A stretch of 64,000 bases of DNA from Paramecium tetraurelia (taxonomy: Eukaryota): contig CT868039.1 of assembly GCA_000165425.1 (NCBI GenBank), positions 62,001 through 126,000 of the forward strand, written 5' to 3'. Of this stretch, positions 53,609 to 64,000 are shown piece after piece. Each line of letters opens with the position of its first letter. Within the stretch, counting starts at the first letter, position 1. The notes under the pieces were generated by a model. That model worked only from the letters and a program-made list of their open reading frames with translations, was not told where the DNA came from and did no database searches. Both the position numbers and the translations under genes were made by a program.

Positions 53609-55051
53609 ATGAAAATTCTAAAATAGGCAGATTGCTTTGGGGTTCCATTTGTATAAAATATAGATGATTCATAAACAAAATACAGAAGTACACTTGGAGG
53701 AATAATAACGATTACAATCTTTACAGCAAGTTTAGCATATATATTTTGGGTTGGTTACCTCTGGTAAACTCATCAGATTAGCCCAAAAATATCTCGTTAA
53801 AATTACATATCTGACTATTCTTTGCTAGATTTGAGTGAAGAAGTAGTAAGAGTATACTATTGGTAAGATCAAGAAGGAAAAATTGACCCATTTACAAATA
53901 ATATTTTATTGCCATTAATAGTATACACAGTTAACAATTCATTGACAGAGCCTTAATTAATAACAAATCATAGCGCTACACCATTTGGAGAAGTTTATGT
54001 ACCAGAAATGTAATTTGATTTCTCTTATTACGATGGGTACATATATGCAACAGGAGATATGTATATATAAATAGTAATGTGTTCAGAAATTTATTTAAAA
54101 CCTGGTGAAAAATGTGCATCACCAGAACTTAAACAAAAGTTCTTTGCATAATCAAACAATGTAGTTTAGCTTGAATTTTTTACAACATCAATAGATCCAC
54201 GAGATGGAACGAAATAACGTGGATACCAAGAATTCACTATTTAAATAGAAGAAAAATATTGTTATTCTGTGCAATCTTATTTTAAAACAACCTTATTTGA
54301 GCTCTAAAACTATTTTTTATTTGGCTACCCTCAATACAAGGAATATATTGTAGATGTGTTATTACAAACCTAAACGAATTCTTTAGAATTTTGTTAAAAA
54401 GCGTATGAAACTGAGGCAATTGGAATAGTTTACCTTGGAATGACAGGAACTCAAGAAAAAACCACATTAGAATATCCACGTATAGGAGATCTATTAGCAA
54501 ATGTTGGATCAATTGTATCACTACTATTTATGATCAAATACTTCATTATTTTCTTAAATGAATATTTTTTAAATCAAAAGGTATTAAAAGAAATCATAAG
54601 TTTTTATTACCCAGAATTTAAAAATATACAAATAAAAAAGAATTGGAGAGGTAGGATAGTTGAAGCTAATTTAAATAAGATAAAACTAGATATTAATAAT
54701 TATACGAAATTTTATGAGAAGGTTTCGCACTAGATGAGAAAAAAGTTTAGTTATTTGAACTTATTATATGAAATATCTAGGCTGTATTTTGTTATGAGAT
54801 CATCAAAATTTAGAAATGAATTTCATAAATCTCATTAAATAGGGATAAAGATAAACATGCTTTAGTAAAAAGATAGTGAAATTATTTTTACTCCAAAGTC
54901 AGAAAAGTTTTAAGAAAATAATTATATCTTAAACGATGATGATGCAGACATATTATCCTACTCCAGAAGAAAACCTGATAAAAATTATGATCTAATTTCA
55001 GAAGAGATATATAATGAAATAGACTATTATTATGCAAATAAGATTTTGTGA
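53609..55051 (+). CDS. Two-TM membrane protein with large central loop (copy B, 480 aa)
   Basis: Same length (1443 nt) as 32932-34374 and colinear with it. MKILKQADCFGVPF..., YPRIGDLLANVGSIVSLLFMI. Confidence 0.85.
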
Positions 55052-55608
55052 AATATAAATTCATAATAATTTAATTACATTATAAATTTATCTGTGTCTG
55101 TGTTGTGTGAGATAATAATGTTACATTTATTACTGAATCCTGCCTATCATAATATTGTCTCCTCAAATAATTTTGAGTTATTTAAATAGGATTTAATGTT
55201 ATGAAGTGAAGGTATAAACTAAAATATGGATAGTAAGTATTTTAATTTTTCAATATCAAAATGACCCAAATTACCTATTTTTTATATAATTATTTTAAGA
55301 ACGATTAGGAGAAATAATTGTAAATCTATTCATTTTTAGCTAACATTTAAATTTAAATATAAAATACAATACTTTTTTCAACGAAGTTCTTATACACAAA
55401 TAAAGAATGAGGAACTGATTATATAGACATAATGATATCTTGTCTCAATATGGATATCTTAAAATATAAATTTACAATTTATATATTTTTTCGATATATT
55501 GCCTTAACGGAAGTTTCTATTATATTTATTATCAAGCTTTATGCATTCTAAAAACAATTTCTGCAAAGTTCAAGAAAATAAAGTTTAGTTGAAATTGAAA
55601 TATAAGTC

Positions 55609-56151
55609 AGTATGGCCATTCTATTAAAGAATGATTAGATTATTATTATAGTCCCACGACGCCTTAATAGATTGCTCCTTCCATTCCAGTTAGTTCATAT
55701 ACCAAAATAAACTGCGATTCATCAAAGTTCTCATTTATTCAGAAGATGCCTAGATATTTAACTCCTATTAATGCCCCAACATGATATTTTATTGATGCTT
55801 GTTCTTGAGATGGAATGCAGGTTGGTTAATCACAGGCAATTCCAATTGAATTTTTTTTACATCTCTAAAAATTAACACTTGGTAGCTACATTTATGATGA
55901 ACCTGTTTCAAACATCACTTTTAAGCTTTTATCTTATAATGTGTTACTTTTATGTTGACTCTTTAGGGAGAACTCTAATTCTACATAAATATTAATGATT
56001 ATGTAATTGCAGGGTGTTGTTTTATTCCAACTGAGTTGAGTTGATATCAATTGGGAAGGAACCTTCCTACACTTGTTTAGTGTCTAAAAATATTGTATGT
56101 TTAGCTAAAACAAAGTGAATACACACTAATTAACAATTAAACTATTATCAT
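55609..56151 (-). pseudogene. Pepsin-family (A1) aspartic protease, N-terminal half
   Basis: Signal-peptide-like MIIVQLLISVYSLCFSQ, LKVMFETGSSQMQLPS...C (catalytic DTG changed to ETG), flap SIKYHVGALIG and YQGVVGL. In-frame TGAs. Confidence 0.75.
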
Positions 56152-56169
56152 ATATAAATTATATACAAA

Positions 56170-57026
56170 TCATTATAACATTCCGTACTAGGTTTAAGCT
56201 TTAGAAATTAGTAACAATAAACTTAATTTAAATCTTCTATTCTTGTCCAATTTAACGAATGTTCTTCTTCTTTCATTCGCTGTCACATCCTTCAAAAATT
56301 CCAATTAAAATTTACTCATTCTTTCCATCAATATTACATATTGCATTTTGTAATCAGGGATTCTTGTATTATTTTTAAGATTTCATACTTATTTTAGTTA
56401 AACATTTCGATCACATAATTGCTTTAAAAGAATCGAGTAGCTTATGGTGTAGTTGGCTATTTGAACAATTTTAATTCAGGAATCCTAGATTCTCGAGCAA
56501 ATAGAGGCAGTTTATTTTAGAGACTGTTGTTCTTTCTGTGTAATCTCAGAGAGACCTGATTGTGTTTTGAGTTGAACTAGAAAGATTATTTAAATTCGCT
56601 TTAACTAGCTAATAAAGTAGATTAAATTAATTCTGTATTTTCAGGAGTGCCTCCCAAAAGATTCTTTAATTTTAGCCTTGTGGCAGGTAGTTAATTCTCA
56701 TACAAACTACTTGTGTTTGAAATTGAGTTCTTGCTCAGAAAGTGATGACTGCTTTTTGGAGAATTAAAGATACTGGATGCATCACTTTTTCTTTTTCTAT
56801 GATAAGATTCACTTGATATTAGTCTACCCATGCTATCCCTTTCATTGATGAAGGGCACAAATGTTTGTTTTTTTTCGATCAACTGATTGAGAGGATGTTC
56901 ATGGTTTGTTATTGAATCCATGATCAAGGCTCTTTTAACTGCCTCAGTTTTATGTAAAGCTGGAAGTTATCTGTCTTTGTAATACACACAATAATCTAAT
57001 AAATTTTCAGAAGGATGCTTTTTCAT
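56170..57026 (-). CDS. Hypothetical protein (3' end approximate)
   Basis: MKKHPSENLLDYCVYYKDRQLPALH... open code-6 frame with a coiled-coil C-terminus. Confidence 0.6.
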
Positions 57027-57492
57027 TATTTATATTTTGTAATTAATAATGACTTACGAAGCCTGTGATTTATAATTAGATTCCAGATCAAAAACAAATG
57101 TCTTTGAATTAACTAAATGAAGACGCTGCTTGATTAGAATTTAACAGAATTAATATAACACCCCTTAATTTAGATAACTTGAGGGGAGTTCATTGGTCAA
57201 TAGAAGGGCCAAAGTCTAACCAGGAAGTCATTCCAAATGAGGTGGAGTAAGAGTTGCAAAGAATGGGTGATTAATTTGGAATGCAGAGGGAATGTAACAG
57301 AGAGTGAATATTAATTTTATAAATAATGAAATGTTCTATTTAAACACAATATTGGTATGAAATTCTTCAGTAATGAAAATTACGAAGTTATTAAAACTAG
57401 AATTACAAACGCTCATTTTTTTATAACTGGAAAGTGTGATTGCTTTGATTAAATTTGTGTATCAATTGGTCTTAATTGTGTTTATTAAATAA

Positions 57493-59303
57493 ATGAGTAA
57501 ATTATAGGAATCAAATACATTTGAGAATAACAAAAAATATAAAATAAAAACAGAGCGTAGTACTTTGATGGCATCACCAAAGAACAAAGAATTCGATAGC
57601 TAAGAGGATTTGGTGAGGAGATTGAACGAGAGTTAGAAGAGTTTATAAAAAGAAATAGAAAAACTACATTTACAAGTGGAAAATAAGGAGGACTAAATAA
57701 GGAAACTGCATGATTTAGTGAAACTTCAATAGAAGGAGATTGATAGATTGACTCACATTAATGAATATTTGATGCAGGCTAATTAGACGAAATTGAGCAT
57801 CTTGAGAGATGAGAGACAATCAAATTAAGGAAGTAAATCAAATGTAAAAATTAAGAATCATAAATCATTAATGCCTCTTGAGAAAAAGGTTAATAAATAG
57901 CCAGAGGATAACACATAAACTATTAAATTATACAGACGATAGACATTTCGTAATCCAACATTATTGAAGTACCATCAGGAGGAAGGAGACACATTCAAGA
58001 GTGAGAGAAATACATCTGGGTCATCTAACTTTTATGATATTCTACAATAGGAGGATTGTTTCAGAACAAATGCTATTTTAAATATTTAACTATGTACTAA
58101 AGAATTTGTCATATGATAGCCGATGAAGACGCAACCACTTAATATAATCAAGATGGGACTGTATCATTGATGAAAGTGCTCTTGGACTCTGAAGAGATCT
58201 TTAGTGAAATCATCCAATCAATATCTGCTTAGAAATTGTCATTTCTGTTCGATAAATTTAAGAGAGTGATGTCAGATCATCAATAATTGTTTATATTGGT
58301 GTTGAGATTGAAGAAGATTGTGACTGGAGCATTGCAAATGAACACATCAGTCCTTCTAGATGATGCACTACAAAACATCATAGATAAATGTGTTGACTGT
58401 TTGGAATGTGATAGAGCATCCTGTTTCATTGTGGATCAAGCCAAAAAGGAACTGTGGACTAGAGTAGCCAAAGGAACATCCACTACTATTCGACTGCAAA
58501 TGGGTCAGGGCTTGGCTGGCTTTGTGGCCTAGAATCATACAATCTTGAATATTGAAGATGCCTACAGAGATTAAAGATTTAATACACAACAAGATGCAAA
58601 GAACAACTACAAAACTAAGACTCTTTTGGTCTCTCCCATTTTAGATGGCGACAAGTGTGTTGGAGTACTTTAATGTGTCAATAAGTCTAACGGATTCTTT
58701 ACTAAAGATGACGAAGCATTACTATAAATAATGGCTGAATTTAGTAAGAGTGTTCTTAAGAATGCTTTGAATCATGATGCTTAGATGTTGATACAGAATA
58801 AACTTAGGCATATCATCAGAACAGGCATCATTCTATAGGGTTGTCTGTTCAAAAAGGATAGCATATTAGAACTATTGCTATCTTCTGAAGAGCGTCTTAG
58901 ATCCTTGATGAATGTCGATCAAGCAAAGGTGGTCTACTGGGAGAATTGCTTATATCATATCAATAAGGATGGTAAGATGACAGAGACCCAGAATCTTATA
59001 GGGATTGTGGGAAAATGCATTGAGGATTCTTAATTGGTGGCAGTAAGTAATTGTTATACTAGTCCCATATTCAATCCGAATATTGACATTGAAACAAATA
59101 TGCCTGTGATTTGTATGCCTTTGAAAACACAAAGTCATTAGATCATTGGGGCCATCCAAGTTGTTAATGTGAAGGGAATTGGGAATATTTCATCGAATAG
59201 TGATGCCAAAATTAATTCAATCGACTTAGATATGTTGGAACTCTTTTGTTAGCATTGTGCTCAATCTTTATTGTAGTGTAAATTGCATACCTAATAATTA
59301 TGA
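57493..59303 (+). CDS. Coiled-coil plus tandem GAF-domain protein
   Basis: LECDRASCFIVD...GQGLAGFVA...ILNIEDAYRDQRFN...YKTKTLLVSPI...GVLQCVNK...FTKDDE, then a second GAF (GIVGKC...FNPNID...IIGAIQVVN). Confidence 0.9.
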
Positions 59304-59328
59304 TATTAATTAAAATTATTAAATATAT

Positions 59329-60624
59329 ATGGGAAATTCACAAAAAAATAATCAGAAATTAATCTCCACAGCTTGGCTAGGTGTGAATGTAACTAGCAAA
59401 TACTAAGTTAGGATGAATGGTCATCTATAATGAAAGAGAAATTATCTCGTCTTTCTGAAGAGTGGGTTGTTCCCTCAATCAAATGTTTGGATAGATTTTC
59501 TTCTAGAGATCAGACTAAATTCAGAAACCAAGTGAAATTGATTTGTATCTTTGATTGTTATTTCATAGTGACAAAGTAAATGAAAGAAGATAAGTATGAG
59601 GAGTTGTTCAATAAAAGCTAAGTGTTTTTGTAAATTCATTTCAATTTATTATGATTCTATAGAAACAGCAATGAATATCTTCGCCAGGATTTCTAATTAG
59701 GTATACCAATATCAGAACTCACAATTTCCACCAATACTAATTCAAGTAATATGGAATATCATATCATAGTTGGTAAGATCAATGATAATCAATCCATATC
59801 TTCTAAGAACCAAGACAGTTTATTTATGGAAGATCAATGTTCCTAAATTTAATAATTCTACGTGTTCATCTATTGTGTTAACGATGCTCTAATAAGTCAA
59901 AAACACCCTTTTATACATCTGATGAATCAGTTTAAAGAATGGGCAATAAACAAATTAATAAATATCAAGAATCCTCAACACAAAATATAATAAATGAAAT
60001 AGAAGCTCTAGAAATTTTAAAGTTCTTCAGATCTGTTTCTGAACTTCCTCATACATTCTTTGAATGAATATTTAGGCGATTTTGGCGATGAGATAAGTGA
60101 GGAGGGACCCACTAAGTACATCAAAGACAAACAAAACTATTACAATTTATTTCTATCACATGTATTCATTTCTCTCTATTGATATTTAGATATTCAATGA
60201 AACCTTAATTAGTCATCTTATGGATATACTTAAGGTAATCCATTAAAGCAGCTAAAATAATTGCATTAAAAAAATCAAACATATGCAATCCAAAGTTGAA
60301 TGTTTTGAGATCCCAAAAAAATATCTCACTCATGATAAACCATTCTTATAAGAAATCTCATGTTTGAGTGAAGCACAACAATTAATACGACCTACAGACA
60401 TTTTTTATTGCTTCATGAAGACTTATTGGATGATCAAGGATCATTTGGCTAGATCTGCATCCAGCTTTCTGATTTTCCAAGTAACCAATTATGTTATTGT
60501 GCATTCCAACATTGAATATTTTCATGCCCTTCTCCATTTGCTAGAACTCTTCTATTGTAATTCACCTATTTTACTTAAATATAATTAATCGTTGGAATTC
60601 ATATAAAATATTTTAATTTCTTGA
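59329..60624 (+). CDS. Hypothetical protein, possible degenerate VPS9-like C-terminus
   Basis: MGNS start with introns. The C-terminal ...FQVTNYVIVHSNIEYFHALLHLLELF resembles the VPS9 helical pattern, but no DD motif is evident. Confidence 0.55.
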
Positions 60625-60692
60625 ATCCCCCCCAAGAATAATGATGAATTAAGTAACAAGATTATATATAAAAATTTAATAAATAAATAAAA

Positions 60693-62213
60693 ATGCAATA
60701 AAATCCAAAACCTCTACTAATTATCGACTCCAGATACGCTCTCTACGACTCACGACAAAAAAGAACATACAAATATAATACTGTTCTTCAGAAATCCTTC
60801 ATATTACTTCAACAGCATTTTCAAATATTAGTCATCTTTTGTCACTCTAAACCTAATACTAATGAGTTTTTTTACAATGAATTTCACAAGAATTTTCAGG
60901 GAATCGACTCAAAATAACTCTCAATCCAAGAATTAAAAGTCACTTCATTCCCCAATGAAGACATTATCGTAGTAACCCACAATTATGAATAATTCACTCT
61001 CCAACAAAAATATCAGTTATACTATTTTTCTAGTGTCTCCTAACACTTGGATAAAAAAAGATAACTAGAACTCAAATACTATGAATCAAATCCCAAACCA
61101 AGTTTTCATATTTCCCACATTCAGTAAGTCATGTCATATTTTTCAAAGTCACAAAACCCCTTCACTGTTGGCTACTATTTCTATCCTAAAAAGTTCAATG
61201 AACTGATTCAGTTTGATGCATTAATTAGCAACGCCAATTTCAATTACATTCCCATGGACTTTCGATTCTACAATAAATACATACAAATTAATGTTTTGTT
61301 CCATAGAGTCATGGATATCTACAAGAAAAAGGAAATCAACATGAAGCAGAATGAGGTTGAATTGTTTCAACAGAACTATGACAAATTTGTAACAGAAAAC
61401 GCAGAAATACCTGTGATTGACTAAGTTGAATGTTTAAAGACGTTAATTTAGAGAGACGAACTTAATGTCAAATTGCAATCTATCTTCGCCAGTCCCCAAT
61501 TCCAAAATGCTGTATAGGAACATCACATCAAGATTATGACTCCTGAACAAGTTCTCTATGACAATATTGGTGAACCTCAAGAGTTGTAAAATCTCAAATA
61601 CCCACTCATTGTGAAAAGTAAATAAGGAGCCTTGACAGCAAATTGCCATATCATGGCTATTGTAGTAAACGAGAAGGGACTCAGGGAATTGTTTAAGCAT
61701 GAATAATTTAAGTATCAGATTATTAGTAGATTAGAGGCTAATTGATTTTGCAGTAAATTATTAACCATAACAGCATTATCTACAAAATATATCAATTGGG
61801 AAGTAAAATGATTGTGCAAAAACGCAAATCCATCCCCAACATAGAAATTCACAATTTCAAATTTGAAGAAGTAATCTTTTTAATACTAATGTAGGGTTTT
61901 TACATTTTCGATACTCAAAAAGACTTGTTTAAAAATGTTTCGCAATGTCTGAAAGAGGTGGACGAAGGAGTTCATGAATGCTCAAATGAAGATCAATTGC
62001 TTAAACAGATGGAATTATTATCCTCGATAATAGCTAAGGAGTTTAAATTGCATCTCTTTGGCTTTGATATAATTGGTATGAATTGGGAGTTCTATATAAT
62101 TGATATAAATCATTTTCCAGGATACAAGAATGTAAGATATTGTAGATGTGTTTTAGGTTGAAAATGCTAGGGAACTGTTTGAGTAGTTATTTCTGTAAGT
62201 ATCAAAAAAGTGA
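60693..62213 (+). CDS. ITPK1: Inositol 1,3,4-trisphosphate 5/6-kinase (ITPK1 family)
   Basis: TVGYYFYPKKF, LKYPLIVKSKQGA...CHIMAIV, LQQIINHNSIIYKIY, RKSIPN and LHLFGFDII...IIDINHFPGY. Extra N-terminal domain. Confidence 0.88.
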
Positions 62214-62271
62214 GGATCTGATAGAAGAGATTATAATTTATTATAAACATTTGTAAAATGATATTTGCTAA

Positions 62272-63339
62272 TCAAATTAATTTAGAAAATTCAGGGGCCA
62301 AATTTATGATTTCAATTTCCTCTTCTTCATTTTATTAATGCTGAATTCTAGTGTTTCTCTTACTCGGAGTAGTGAGGATATATGAAACCTATTTGCTTTG
62401 TCTTTTGGGACTGATCTGTTTTTATGAGGAATTGTAGGAGAGTTTTGAGCTATTTTACTTATTGTTCTCTCTGGGCTTGTATAGGTAGATTTGGTTATAG
62501 TAGATGATATGCTATTTTTTGGGGGACTTGGGAGTTTTGGTTGGACTTTTCTTGGAGCTCTTTTTGTTATTGTTCTTTCTTCCCATTATTTGTCTATAGG
62601 AATCATTGGGGTTGCAAGCCCATAATTTGAGTCTTGATTATTGTTATTGTTGGGTGTCTTCTGGGTATGAGATTTCAGGCAAATCCTTGATTTCTTATTC
62701 AACATCATTGTTTAGTTTCTATTGGAGTTATTATTGGTTCTGATTTAAGATATTGAAGACTTCCTTTGATATGGGTTATTCGTAATACTATTGTAATTAC
62801 TCGCTCTTATCTGTTTGATCTCCTTGGTTGTTGGACTCCATATAACGGTTTGAACTTGCTTTTGGAAATAGTTACTATTATTCTTATTTCTCCTAGAGCT
62901 TGGTCATATCCAGCAGTTTGAATTGAATAGGCACAGGTGATAAATTTTTATGAGATGGCTTTTCTTTGCTCTTACTATTGATGTTGGATTGCTTCTTTTG
63001 CTGATAGAACCGTTCTTGGGATTCACTCATAATCTTTTCATGTGTTGAATGCACTTTGGTCAATTTAATCTCATTTAATTCTTTGATTGGAGTTTCCTTG
63101 CTTGGAGTATTGTCAGTGCCCCTGAAAGTGAACTTATTTTCTCTTTGAGGAGTAGGATTCATTTTCACAACTGAGTAGGAGAGTGGAGTACAAAGAGTCT
63201 TGGAGCGTAACTTGTAGAAGGAAGGAGAAAGGGATCGACAAGCAAATAAAGGTCTGGTCACAACAAATGCAGGGACAGGATGGAATTTGCGATCTATGGA
63301 GCTGAAATGTTAACGAATTTATTGAATCTGATATTGCAT
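62272..63339 (-). CDS. Hypothetical Ser/Pro/Thr-rich protein, 355 aa
   Basis: ATG 63339 to TGA 62272-62274 in frame (1068 nt). Low complexity. Confidence 0.65.
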
Positions 63340-63787
63340 TGTTTTATATATTAATGCATTCATCAAGAAAAATCAATATTTCTTAACCAACATAAACAGA
63401 ATCAGCATCTCAGGATAATATAACCATCAAATAATCGAATCCAAAATTTAGCAACTTGTGATAATTGCAATTACCAACGCAATAATATATACTCATATTC
63501 ATTTCCTACCTAAATGATTTATTTTATGTTTATCTAATCGTAATATCTCTCTCTATGGGTTCTAGCAAATAAATGCTAGATTGCTTATACTTATGTAATT
63601 GTCTTGTTACAAATGAATACTATATAGTATGTTAATGTATATTAAAAATTTAAATTTTAAATACTCAAAATATGTTGTGAAGTTCTTTGTATATAAGTGA
63701 AATAAGAATTCTATTGATTGATCTTAATTGCATAAATGTTTGAATCGACTGAATTCATAAAAATATTATTGATAATATAATTATAAA

Positions 63788-64000
63788 ATGAAAACTAAGG
63801 AACTTTGGACTTACACAATTGATAAGCCAAACGAGCCAAATTCAAATCTCACAAATCAAGTATTTGCTTGTGCATTTTTAAAAGGTAAAAGTGATTTAAT
63901 ATTATGAATAGACGGAGATGTTGTGGTTGCCGCTGTAGGGAATGCCCTCCTCTTATTTGATACTTAAAAATCTGAAATGCTAAGACCACCTCTAAGAGGA
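63788..64000 (+). CDS. IFT122: Intraflagellar transport protein 122, 5' end (runs off window)
   Basis: MKTKELW...VFACAFLK/DGDVVVAAVGNALLLFDT...LRPPLRG resembles the first WD40 repeat of IFT122. One short intron. Confidence 0.7.

Overview
AT-rich, gene-dense eukaryotic DNA from a ciliate, most likely macronuclear Paramecium (aurelia-like). Reading frames open only when TAA/TAG are read as Gln and TGA as the sole stop, introns are ~20-29 nt GT..AG, and several intergenic gaps are 8-25 bp. The supplied ORF track uses the wrong genetic code, so it shows only fragments. I translated by hand with code 6, and gene ends are approximate where noted. About 33 protein genes are present, including an ankyrin protein, eS25, a vWA protein, AGC/NEK/CK1 kinases, MZT1, EXO1, a giant USP, a C2H2 zinc finger, PP4R4-like, mL46, PSMA2, ferredoxin, a hybrid His kinase, a Rab, a tandem-GAF protein, ITPK1 and IFT122, plus a U5 snRNA gene. 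The most unusual items are: (1) a decaying bacterial rpsO-pnp operon fragment (S15 + PNPase, bacterial gene order, no evident introns) between native genes at ~15.7-16.85 kb; (2) an aspartic-protease pseudogene split by a ~4.3 kb insert carrying an inverted copy of a two-TM gene located 19 kb away; (3) a 57-aa CDK-inhibitor-like microprotein; (4) degenerate and pseudogenised histidine kinases.
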